Below, in pieces: positions 48,600 to 60,114 of a stretch of DNA of 64,000 bases. The position numbers and the translations under genes were made by a program. The notes below the pieces were generated by a model. The model saw only the letters and a list, made by a program, of their open reading frames with translations, was not told where the DNA came from and did no database searches. Source of the stretch: Felis catus (Eukaryota); assembly GCF_018350175.1 (NCBI RefSeq), contig NC_058383.1, forward strand, positions 14,386,001 through 14,450,000. Direction: 5' to 3'. Every line of letters starts with the position of its first letter. The first letter of the stretch is position 1.

Positions 48600-49330
48600 T
48601 TTATATCTTCCAATCTCTTTTGCATTCTTTTCTCTTTACATGCACTAAGGGTAATTTCATCCATCTATCCCTTTGTTCACTCTGTTTCGCTCTTCATCTA
48701 GGCATGAGTTATCATCTGACTCGCCTGTTGTGTTTTAGATTTCAAAGTCTATACTTTTCATTTCTAGAAGTTTTGTTTCATTATTTTTCACATCTGCTTG
48801 TTTATTTTTCATAGCGTCTTATCCTTATGGTTTTGACCCCTATTTTGAGGTTTTTAACATTTGGAACATTTCAGTTTTGTGGTCTCTCTCTGGTAGTTCT
48901 GTTATCTCAAGTTCTCGGGGGTACTAATTCCATTGTATTTGCTGATTCTCGCTTATGGTAGATTGTTCCCTCGTATGTTTGTAATTTTAGATTGTGAGCT
49001 CACCTTCTGTGGAGCTTGTGGGTGGGAATTCTGGGTTGCATGTGGATCTCTCCAGTGAGGTTTTTGTTTTGTGGTGTTTTGTTTTTTCTCGAAGTATAGT
49101 TGACACACAACATTACATAGTGAGGTTTTACTTTTGCTTTTGCTACTCATTCCTGGGTGTCTTCACGCTGGGACTGTGTTTCATGCAAATTTCTAGGCTT
49201 GGTGTTTCCTGACCGTGCAGCCAATGTAAGTTAAAATCTCAAACCCTCTTAGGGGCAAGTAATTATGAATTTTCAGAGGACACTTGTTTCAGGCACAGAG
49301 CTCAAGAGGAGACAGGCAGGTTTCCTTGGG
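48600..49330 (-). mobile_element. Old L1M fragment
   Basis: T-rich reverse L1 pattern (TTTTCATTTCTAGAAGTT...TCTCTCTGGTAGTTCTGTTATCT). Confidence 0.6.
49065..49118 (-). mobile_element. Extremely 5'-truncated carnivore L1 (tail plus ~28 nt)
   Basis: GAAGTATAGTTGACACACAACATTACAT is the reverse of the L1 3' terminus; TSD AGTGAGGTTTT at 49054-49064 and 49119-49129. Confidence 0.85.
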
Positions 49331-50565
49331 TTTCCTTGTGATTTGGGCTTTGAGCAGATTCTCTGAAGGCAGACAGTCTACACAGTCACTGGGCTGAGAG
49401 TTGAGGGGACCCAGCGTGGCATCTTCTCCGCTGTGTTAGAGCAAGCACCCGCGTTTTCTATATTTCAGCATGCCCAACTCTCGAAAGCAGGTACCATGAC
49501 TTGTCTAAAAGCGTTGCCGTGAGAATCAGATGGACTCACAAATGTATGTTAAGGTCATGGCCTTGAACCCGCCGTATAGGGAGCAGTCCATCCATGGTAG
49601 CTGTTCTCGGTCTTCCCACTGCGGAGGTGAAGAAACTCAGACCCAGAGAGAATCAGCCATGGACCGCTGGATGAGGCACTGTCCCTACTTCATGGTCAGG
49701 CCATTATCTGTCTCTCAGAAACCCTCTCATGGGCCCACTTGTTCACATTTGGGTAGATTGGCCTGCCCTTAAACAATAAAAGAGCTGAGGGTTTTATTTT
49801 TTTTATCTTTTTCTTTTTCTTACATTCTGTCTCAAACTTAGAACAGCATCCCTGACTTGAGCCTGCAGCGGGAGAGAAAGCCACGCTGAAAGAGGAGGGA
49901 CCATCACTGTTTTCACTGATAATGAAGGCAATTTTCCAACGATAAAGAAGGCACAATAAAAGCTATCTCACATAATGGCTTTCATTACCCATTCTCCAGT
50001 CTTTGCTAAACAATAGGTTATTAGCCATATGCAACAGGGGCTGAAGCTAATTGTTTTCCCTATTTTTCAAATAAAGAAATGAGTTGTACACAGTGATTTC
50101 TTAAGGACACTTCTAGCGCTAATATCCTGTGAATTGATTTAATGGAGAGCACTGTGGAGCAGTCAGAAGTTCATGGAGACTGGGAGTTCTTTTCATCTTG
50201 GGTTTTCTTGAGTGGTAGAGACACATCCCTGCTTTATTCCAGATGACAACCAGAGCAGCCTTGTCTTACAGCTTTGTGCACGTGGCCTATCTAGGTTCCG
50301 TGTCGCCCGTCCCTCCTTTGTCACAGGGGAGGAGGCTGGCTGGCCTAAGGGTTCAGCTTTCGCAGCCATTTTCTCGGTGACTCCGAATCGAGAATTCCCT
50401 CAGCCTCTGACCTGCTCATCTGCGGCGGGACTGATTCCCACCTGCCTCCTGTACAAAGTGACCGTGAGATTGTAATGAGATGGACACGCTTAGGAAGTGT
50501 GGAATCTGGCATAAAAGGAAAGGAGGGACAGCTCTGCTGGGGTGTTAGATTGTCTGTTTGGATTA

Positions 50566-51331
50566 TGTGCAGAAAACAGTTAACATAATAGGCCCAACTA
50601 TTTATTCTCTAAAACCGTTTATTCTTTTTTTTTTTTTTAATTTTTTTTTAACGTTTATTTATTTTTGAGACAGAGAGAGACAGAGCATGAACAGGGGAGG
50701 GGCAGAGAGAGAGGGAGACACAGAATCCAAAACAGGCTCCAGGCTCTGAGCTGTCAGCCCAGAGCCCGACGCAGGGCTCGAACCCACGGACCGTGAGATC
50801 ATGACCTGAGCCGAAGTCGGACGCTTAACCGACTGAGCCACCCAGGCGCCCCTAAAACCATTTATTCTTGACACTGAGAAGGTTGGCCCTTGGCTGGCAT
50901 CTTGGAGTGGCTCCATAAGAGTGGCTTATTTCACCCAAACTGTACAAACAATGGTTTATGCCAAGCCCCTGCCTTCCTTCCGGGAGCCTGGAATTTTGGG
51001 ACCTGTTAGGCAGAAGGTACCTCCATAGTGAACAAAAACGCTGGGTACTGAGTCTGTGGGGGGGGTCTTCCTGGTAGATGGCATTTCACACATGCTGTCA
51101 CAGCACTTGGTTGGGGGACATCCTGTCTGACTCCAGTGGGAGAGGATCTTGAGAGCTTGTGCTTGGTTTGTGCCGGCTTTGTTTCATGCACCGTCCCTCT
51201 GCTGACTTTTCCTTCTCTCCGTTTGCTGTAATAAATCATAGCCATGACTTTGACCATATACCGAGTCCTGTGAATCTTCCCAGTGAGTAAGTAATTTAAC
51301 CTGAGGGTGATATGAGGGATACTCCGACCCA
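50566..51331 (+). mobile_element. MER68-like ERVL solo LTR, split by SINE
   Basis: TGTGCAGAAAACAGTTAACATA start; AAGGTTGGCCCTTGGCTGGCATCT; CTGGAATTTTGG; GCTGTAATAAATCATAGCC; end CCGACCCA. Confidence 0.85.
50626..50852 (-). mobile_element. Can-SINE (SINEC_Fc)
   Basis: reverse SINE; TSD TAAAACC(G/A)TTTATTCT. Confidence 0.96.
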
Positions 51332-51734
51332 GAGGCCAGGATGTCTGTGGCTTGGCCACCGCGTTGCACCGGACTCCCTTATATACCTCATTCTCCCCAG
51401 GGCCCTGACCGCACAGACTCAAAAACAGAGACTGTGACTCTCCACAGGGCTAGTGTCTCGGAGAAAGAACAGGAGGCAGTGGGCCTGGCTGAAGCAGGAA
51501 GAATGGAGGCTACCAGAGCTGGGAAGATACACATTCTTTAGAGTACGGGGAGGCTCTGAAGTTGAGATGGGACAGGAAGAGTCTGCCTGAAGGCTGGCCT
51601 GTGCCAGGGGAGGGCCCGACCCACGTAGGCCTTGTGGACCACTGCCAGCAGTGTGGTTCTCCCTAAGGCCAGGGTCAGAACCCATCCAAAGGTGACACAG
51701 ACTGGTGGGGGAGAGACAACCCCATGAGCTTTGT

Positions 51735-51945
51735 CTGGGAGAGCTTGGGGTTCAGGTCTTGGTTACACACTTACTAGTGATTTGCTGCTGGGGAAAGGAT
51801 TTACCTCCTGTGTGCCTCAGTTTCCCCATCTTTCAGTTGGGTATATTAGTAGTACCTCCCCATAAGCTGTTGGATGGAGTAAGCGAAATAATGTATGTAA
51901 ACGCTTAGAACAGTATCTAGGACGTACCAAGTACTCAATAAAACA
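51735..51945 (+). mobile_element. MIR
   Basis: TGTGCCTCAGTTTCCCCATCT...TAGTACCTCCCCATAAG...GCTTAGAACAGT...AAGTACTCAATAAA. Confidence 0.85.
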
Positions 51946-54289
51946 GAACTGTCAGAACTATAAGGGGGTTCATGGCAAAACTGTCAATTTAATTGCCCAG
52001 GAATCCCTGCCCCTCAAGCCAGGCAGCAGAGGCTTACAGGGCACACGGGGAGAGGTACCCCTGGGCCCATATAAAAATCACAGCTGCCCAGTGAGTCCTA
52101 CATAAACATGCATCTGTTTTGATTTTCATTCTGTGACTCTTCTCTCTGGGTCTGGATTTGACTCTGACTTCACTTGGACTTTCTGATCTCTTCACTGGAA
52201 AACATTTGGAGCCCTGTCTTCTGAACTCTGAACCTGGCAGGGGTACCAGGCGTAACCCAGCCCTGTACGAATGGCCAGCCTCGTGCCTGATCTCCCCGGC
52301 TTTCTCTCTGCCAAGCTCCCTCCTCCCACCCAGCTGCTCCCCATGCATCATGAGTCAAAGCTGTTCTTAGTAGCTCATTCCCTCTTGGCTTCTTCTCAAA
52401 TCTCCCAGTGACAGAATTATTCTGCTCTTTTGGACCCAATTTGATGAGTGTGGATGGCGGAGAGGCAGTGCAGTCATCATAGCTATTAAAGGTGAAAGCG
52501 TGCTCTACAGCCGATTTGTGCTGTCCAGGCTCTCCCATTGCTGAATGCCCATGACAGGGAAAAGAGCAATGTGGCCATTTCCCCAGTCCTGGGGCCTGGA
52601 CGTATGGGTGGGGAGACACAAGACAATGAAAAAGAGAATAATACCCTTGCCAAAGGAATGCTAGGGACAACAGGGACTCTAGGGGTTGAGAGCTGCTCTG
52701 CTAAGCTAGTCAAAGGATCCATGGAGGCAGCTGGGCCAAAACTAGCCCCATAAAATACAAGGACTTGAGTGGAAGACAGCAGGGGACTGTCTAAACACAG
52801 GGGAAGAAGCACAAATAATCTTGGCCTTTGAGTGAGGAGCAGAGGGTTCAGAGAGGGAGGGGATTCTAGACAAGTTGAAAAGTTTTCCTGCTGGAAAGCT
52901 AAGAAAGGGCCAGATCTCAGTGAGCCTTGAAGGAGCGCTGCCTAGAAGTTTCGAATTCGTCAGGTAGGTGTTGGGGACACCTTGAAACTGAGGCATTGGA
53001 GAATGTTCCCAGGCAGAGCCGGCGGGTGTACCTGTGCTTAGAATCCGCGACTCGTCTCTCCTTCCTCATAACAAACACAGCTAGGAAGGAACAATTTCAT
53101 TAAGGAAAAAGGCAGCAAGAGTCCTGTTCCTGTAGAGGTTTGCTTAATGACATATGTTACATCTCCTGGTGATTATCAACTCATCAGCCTTCTAAGGAAG
53201 TAACCGACAACATTCGCAGTTTATTTCTCCGAGCCAGGGAGTAAATGAGGGTATGTAAGAAATCGCTTTGCTTTTGAGCCCCTGGGAGTTCTGGGTGAAG
53301 TCCCTTGGCAGCCTCTGAGCTCTGGTAACCATGTACCCTCCATGCTTAACTCCTTCCTCATGCCATTATTTCTAGGAGGGCAGGGATGACACAGTTCATG
53401 TTTAATGTGGTCTTGCTGTTATTCTAGTGAGTTCTGACACCGCCAGCCTGCTTGACCAGGGTTGTCGGCCCTCTGGGCACCTGATCCTTTGTTGATCTGA
53501 CTCTTAAGTGGAATTCCAGAGGCTATTAGACCATGTGGGTTGAGAAGGCGATCGAAGGATCACGGTCCTTCATGAGCCTTTGGCCTTGGCATCTACAAGA
53601 CCATGAGAACAGATCTTAATGTAAATCTGATTATAATATAAGATTTAATATGTCTTTGTATACTGAAAAAATATTTCTTTTTCTCCTTGAGTTGTATTAG
53701 AAAAAAAGCCCTTTTCTGTCATCCCAGATATATGCCAGGCCCAATAGGGGACGGAGAAATGACAAACCCCTGGGAGAATTTTAGAGGAAAAAGAATCCCA
53801 TCCTGTCACATGGGTTTTCTGGGAGGACAGAAAAAGAGGTGTAGAGGAAAAGCTTGGTAGATTCTCCACAGAAGCATCTAGAAGAGAATATGTGACATTC
53901 TCAGCTGTATACTCCCCCTGCTCACTTAATACCATGTTTGAACATAAGGCCCCCTCTCGCCTGTCTTTCAGTGCATAAAACTTAATGTACTTAAAACCAG
54001 AATAAGTGGAATGTGACATATGCAAAATAACTACTAACTCAAATGAGTCCTGCCCTAGTTTGAAATTGAGAGCAGTGGTTGCTGGTGTTATATTTTTAAA
54101 TGTAACTTTCTCTACATCATTCAGTATTTTTTTAAATGATGTTTTAACAGCTCCATCATGGGCATATGCCAAAATACATTTAAGTGTTTCTCTGTTGGTG
54201 GAAATTCAGAAGGTTTTTGTTCTCTGTGACAAATAATGTTTTGATTAAAATTCTTACACAAAAACTTTTTAAAAAATCATTATTTCTTT

Positions 54290-55320
54290 TTCTTTCCCCA
54301 TCAGACTACTTATAAGATTATATCTCCATTTTTTCTTTTTTTAATTTCATTGTGATGTGTCTAGGTGTGGATTTCTTTTTATTTTTTCTGCTTGAGATTT
54401 GTTGAGCTTTTTAACTCTGTGCATTGATGTCTTTCCTCAGTTCTGGGATATTCTCAGTCTTCAAATATTGCCTCCGCCCTTTTTTCCTTCTCTTTCAGGA
54501 TCTCACAAACCTGTGTCAGGCCTTATTGTATTCTTGATATAACCTACCCTCTTTTATGTATTTTTCATCTTTTTGTCTCTCTGTGCTTTGTTCCAGAAGG
54601 TTTCTTCTGACCTATCTTCCACTTTAATAATGCTCTCTTTATTTGTGTCTAATCCGCTATTAAACTATCCATTGAGCTCTTCATTTTAGTTAACTTTTCA
54701 GTTCTAGATTTTCTCTTTTTTCTTTTTCAAAACCTGCTGTCTCACTTTTTATATAGTTTCCAATTTCCTGCTGAATTTTTAAGCTTGCTTAAAACCTTTC
54801 TGTTGTCTCTCATTTCTACGAGCTTGACATCTGACATCTTGACCCTAACGCTTCTGCTTGTCTTTGATTATGTGTTGGAGAGTGTATTTGAAAAATTTGT
54901 TACTGAATGAATTTGAAACCTAGGATGATATTACTTGCCTCTAGGCAGAATTTTTGTTCACTTCTGTCAGGAGCACAGGAGTACTAGTGACCCTGATTCC
55001 TTTAATCAAAATTTAAGAGTTGAAGTCTTCTGGGCTACTCAGATGAAATGAAGTAGACTTGTAGCTTATGGGAGGGCAGGCTGATTTCCAGTAGACAGTT
55101 ACTCTTAGGTCAGCCTTTCATTGTCCTGGCCAAAAATAGAAGGTGGTTTATCAGGTTGCCTATCATGGTGGGCCCTGACATCCATCTTTTAACTCCCTGG
55201 TCTTTTGAGGCTGCCATAAATGCAGCCCCTCTTTCTGTACTAGTACATAGCTCTGGGCAGAAGCAAACCTAGTGTTGGGATTCTCTCCCTTTATTCCAAT
55301 CTCGGCTAGATCTCAACTCA
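54290..55320 (-). mobile_element. Old L1M fragment
   Basis: TGATGTGTCTAGGTGTGGATTTCTTTTTATTT...CTTCAAATATTGCCTC, typical reverse old-L1 sequence. Confidence 0.7.
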
Positions 55321-56331
55321 ATACTTTACATCTTGTTCATCTGTAATGGTTTCATTACAATTCGAAAGTTGTAACCCAGTGTTTTCTCATTGGTTTTAGT
55401 TGGAAAGTTGTCCAAATCACGTAATCCAACGTTCTCAGAGGCGGAAATCATTATTACTCTCTGGGATAAATTCATAGGCATGGGGTTTCTCCACGTAAGA
55501 CATATACACTGTGACGACTTGTGCGACATTTTGCCAAATTACTTCCCAGAAAAGTTGTTTTTCTTATGTGACTCCTTTGTTCTTTCCTCTCCTAGTTTTC
55601 TGTTGGTGTCTTAGAGTCTGTTCACTCTTCTAAGTGCTCCAAATCCTGTAGCAAGTTTTAAACTGTAGTTGCACATCAGATGTGGAAAACGTTGACTTTG
55701 TTTTTCTGTATTTGAATTCAACTTGATCTCTAGTCCCCATTTTCACTGATGATGAAAAAGAAAACTCATCTTGTTGTCTGAAGGAAATTCAGTTTCTTTG
55801 AGTTTAAAACTGCATTCTCTGAAGTCATTTGCTCCGTTAAATCATGATTAAACAGGCTGTTCTATGTAAGCACTGCTCTTTCCCGTCAAAGGGTCTTCCT
55901 CTCCTGCTTCCCCTCTTGAATAACTCTTAGGAGCAAGCATGAACTGGCCCTCCACCGTGGTGATGGGGAGAGGTGTCTGGGTTGCAGGCTCTCCTCTGTA
56001 ACCTTCCTGGGCCTTGTAGACGTGTCTCATTCCTCTCATACGTGTTTTATCCCCTATTCACTGCTGATACCCCTGGTCCTGGTCCTGAACCCCAGGCACA
56101 ATATCTGCATATTCCATGCCCTCCATTTCCCTGACTCCCTTGATGTAGCCTTTTGCTACCATTCCTCTGGGAAATGAGGGAGCATCAGGATTTCCGGCAA
56201 GTCAGGAGCTAGCTGTGGGCACTGGAAACACTATTTTAAGTCTTCTGTCTGCCTAAACATCACTCAACCGTCTCTGCCCCACGCCCTGGCTATTCTGCAA
56301 GGCATTCTCCCTCCTGCAGAGTGCTAGGCAG

Positions 56332-57338
56332 TGTTGGGAGGAAGAAATTCGCTTTTCCTTTCAAAGTCCTTCTAGCTGGACTAAGAACAAAATTAACAGG
56401 AGATATTCACAGGAGAAAATCAAGTTTATTTTTGTACCTATGGGGAATCCACAAGGACACCAAATTCTAAAGACATTGAGGCAACGCGAGGCTTCTAGGA
56501 GCTAAGGAGAGTGGTAGGGGGCCTTAGGATACAAAGGGGAGGAAGACCACTAGCAGGAAGGAGAGAGGCGCTGTTTGGAAAACAAAGGTTGCCCTATTAT
56601 GCAGATACATTGTTTTAGGTAAGGAGGAATCTCTGTTAATAGCTCTCATCCTCAGGATCCACGTATGAGTGAAAACATATGGTATCTGTCTTTCTCTGCC
56701 TGACTTATTTCACTTAGCATAATACCCTCCAGTTCCATCCACGTTGCTACAAAGGGCCAGATTTCATTCTTTCTCATTGCCAAGTAGTATTCCATTGTAT
56801 AGATAAACCACATCTTCTTTATCCATTCATCAGTGGATGGACATTTAGGCTCTTTCCATCATTTGGCTATTGTTGAAAGTGCTGCTATCAACATTGGGTT
56901 ACAAGTGCCCGTATGCATCAGCACTCCTGTATCCCTTGGGTAAATTCCTAGCAGTGCTATTGCTGGGTCATGGGGTAGATCTACTTTTAATTTTTTGAGG
57001 AATCTCCACACTGTTTTCCAGAGAGACTCTTAAATACTGAGAACAAACTGAGGGTTGATGGAGGGTGGGGGAGAGGGGAAAGTGGGTGATGGGCATTGAG
57101 GAGGGCACCTGTTGGGATGAGCGCTGGGTGTTGTCTGGAAACCAATTTGACAATAAATTATATATGTAAAAAAATAGCTCTCATCCTGGTACAGGCTGTC
57201 TTTTCCAGTGTAAATTTAGGCAGTTGAGAAGGAGGCAAAGTTTTTTTCCTGAATCTGCTGGGTTTTTATTGCCTTTGACTCAAAATAATCATCACACTAA
57301 AGTGGCCCATCTTGGAGTAGCCTGTCTTTAACCCTTAG
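56332..57338 (-). mobile_element. MER34-like ERV1 solo LTR, split by L1
   Basis: TGTTGGGAGG...CTTCTAGCTGGACTAAGAAC...AAGTTTATT; other end GACTCAAAATAATC...AAAGTGGCCCATCTTGGAGTAGC; flanking GCAG duplication. Confidence 0.75.
56653..57172 (+). mobile_element. Feline L1 (L1_Fc-like) with 5' inversion (junction ~57023)
   Basis: minus segment 56653-57023, plus segment ending GGAAACCAATTTGACAATAAA...A tail; perfect 15-bp TSD AATAGCTCTCATCCT at 56638-56652 and 57173-57187. Confidence 0.93.
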
Positions 57339-57552
57339 GCAGCAAGCAAAACTTTTGCTTTCCTAGGTTCAAATCTATTTGCGGAGTTTCTCTCCCCGCA
57401 CCCGGACTCCCAACCGAGTGGTAGGACTAAACTAAACACTGCTCAGAGGAGGCCTGGCTTCAGGTCTGTCTCCCTTTCTCCGCTCTCTATGGACTTTGCC
57501 CCCAACCTACAAAGAAGTAGCCTCTCTTTGGGATTGGAAAGATTCCATCTGC

Positions 57553-57702
57553 CAGTGGTTCTAGACCCCGGTCGCATGCCCTTTTGAATCGAATATGGAT
57601 GTAGATCAGTTGAATCCAAGTGTCTGGGAGTGAGCCCAAGCACAGGTCGTTTATGAGTGCTCCCCAGGTGATCCCAAAGTGATCCAGCGTTGAGACCCAT
57701 GG
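57553..57702. mobile_element. MER5A/5A1 relic
   Basis: CAGTGGTTCT...TGAATC...CTCCCCAGGTGATCC...GTTGAGACCCA. Confidence 0.7.
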
Positions 57703-57991
57703 CCATGTCACAACCTCCATCTTGTCTTTGCCTGATATTTCAAAGGAGGTTCAGATTCAGAAAACATCTTTCTCCAGCGCATGGCTAATGCACTTAAAAT
57801 CCTGATTTTGAGACTGTGTCGGAAGTTAGTTTCAAGAGTCAGTTTTACAGTCACAACTGAAAATTAACACTTCTTTGCTTCTTTTCATCTTAGTTCTGAC
57901 AGTCTTTACTCATCTCAAAGCTATGACTGCCTCTGGATGAAAGTGAAGCCAGAATAGAAAAGCATACTCATATATTTCAAAATACATATTT

Positions 57992-58210
57992 AAAATTTTT
58001 TTTTCAACGTTTTTTATTTTATTTTTGGGACAGAGTGAGACAGAGCATGAACGGGGGAGGGGCAGAGAGAGAGGGAGACACAGAATCGCAAACAGGCTCC
58101 AGGCTCCGAGCCATCAGCCCAGAGCCTGACGCGGGGCTCGAACTCAGGACCGCGGGATCGTGACTTGGCTGAAGTCGGACGCTTAACCGACTGCGCCACC
58201 CAGGCGCCCC
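57992..58210 (-). mobile_element. Young Can-SINE (SINEC_Fc)
   Basis: perfect TSD TCAAAATACATATTT at 57977-57991 and 58211-58225. Confidence 0.96.
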
Positions 58211-58794
58211 TCAAAATACATATTTTATTTGCCTGCTTCCTTATAGCTACTTTACTGCTAATCTAACCATAAACAAACAAGGCCATCAGAAAGCTACGTT
58301 CTTACTTTGACCTCATTGTGGCCCTGAAAACAATTGTCCTCATCGTATTATACTTGGATAAATGCCGTGGGCCGATGCCGAAGAGTGTTTTAAGAAACAG
58401 AATTGTGGAGCGTGTGGTGTTACTAAAGTAGTGTTTTGAGGGGACGGTTGACCAAGTTCCTCAGTGGAGAAATTTGGGCGGGGACTTAGGGGCCAAGTGT
58501 CTGTACTTGTCTTTTAAAAATATTTTAGACACTGCAGATGATTCCAGTAACTGTGTTTGCAATGACTGCCAGAAAGCCTGTGCTGCATTTCTGGCACACT
58601 TTATTAAGCGTACGTTACGTCCGTTAAGCTCACCCTTGGCATTATCTTATTCTCATTTCCCCTTTGCTCTGTGTTCCCATTTAGTTCTAATTGTATTTTA
58701 TCCCACAGTGCCCGCATTTCTATAGGATGGCCTCAAACCTTCTCAGAAAGATTCTCTACCACGCAGTAGAGAAAGATTCTCTACTACCTCCTTT

Positions 58795-59321
58795 AGTAGG
58801 GGAGGAAAAATGATTTTCCTTTTACCCTTCTAGGTTCTTGGCTGAGGTCCCCCCTGTTATAAAAAGATTCATAGGAGAAACATAAATGTAAGTTTAATAA
58901 CATGTATGCCTTCTAGATAGATGGGAGAGACCATGGATAACTGAGTAACTTCCCAAGATGGCCCAAACCACCACCCTAAACACCATCATCGGCTAAACGC
59001 AAAAGAACTATGGTGCAGAGAAGGGAGGTCTGTCAATGGGGGGGAGGGGACCAGAAAAAGCACAGTCAAACAAGGGTAAGGTTTATTATGGTGATTTAAG
59101 TGGGTGTCTTCTCTATTGATAAGAGTTTCCTTCTCTTCCTGGTACAGAGACGGGGACACCCTTACAAACGGAGCTTTCCCTTATAAATGGAGATTTCTCT
59201 TTTCCGAAGGGTAGGTTTTCAGAGCTTCTCCTGTGTCTGCTGTTTCTTAAAGATAACCAGCTCAAGGTAATCCTTGCGCCAAAGAGGCATATTTGGGGCG
59301 GGCAAATTACGCGCCCTTTCA
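58795..59321 (-). mobile_element. MER34-like ERV1 solo LTR
   Basis: minus strand starts TGAAAGGG...CCCCAAATATGCCTCTTTGGCGCAAGGATTACCTTGAGCTG; 4-bp TSD CTTT at 58791-58794 and 59322-59325. Confidence 0.8.
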
Positions 59322-59484
59322 CTTTCTTTGCAGAACAAGGTGTGTTGCCAGCCTGGGTGTGCACTTTTGAGTGCGCGGCCCAAAGCCCTCATCAGATTTG
59401 CTCTGACATCAGCCGTGGTGTCTGGAGGGATGCTCATCCATCTTTTAAGTCTTTCTCTCCCCAAGTCCCTTATCTGTCCTTTCC

Positions 59485-59681
59485 TTTTTTTTTTTTTTAA
59501 TTTTTTTTCCCAATATTTATTTATTTTTGGGACAGAGAGAGACAGAGCATGAACAGGGGAGGGGCAGAGAGAGAGGGAGACACAGAATCGGAAACAGGCT
59601 CCAGGCTCCGAGCCATCAGCCCAGAGCCTGATGCGGGGCTCGAACTCCCGGACCGCGAGATCGTGACCTGGCTGAAGTCCG
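59485..59681 (-). mobile_element. 5'-truncated young Can-SINE
   Basis: lacks the GGGGCGCCTGG head; TSD TATCTGTCCTTT at 59471-59482 and 59682-59693. Confidence 0.93.
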
Positions 59682-59776
59682 TATCTGTCCTTTTCAAAGT
59701 TACCTTTCTTCCAGTCACCTGGTACCACGTGGCCCCACATGGAGTCTCTACTTCCCTCCAGGCCTCATGTTCTAGG

Positions 59777-60114
59777 ACAGAGTTCAGTAAACTTTCTCTC
59801 TAAAGGAACCGAACAGTAAATATATTAGGCTCTATAATCCAAAAGACAAATTCAAGGCTATTACATAGATGCCTGCAAAGAAGAGGAAAGACCAATTTCT
59901 ACAAATATTTTACTGATGAAATCCAAGCTGTAATAATCATGAGTACAAATTTTTGGAGTTCATGTCTACTAATGAGGATAATGGAATTTTTGTCGGGGGG
60001 GGAGGGGTAACATGTTGCCAGTGTTCTCACCCGCACGTCCGTATGTTCATCTATAAACAGCATTCTTGGCTCTCGGGTTGGACAAAAACGGGCGGTATAA
60101 TGTGCTGACCCCTG
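59777..60114. mobile_element. MER58-family hAT relic
   Basis: CAGAGTTCAGTAAACTTTCTCTCTAAAGG...AGTAAATATATTAGGCT; end TGTGCTGACCCCTG. Confidence 0.78.
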
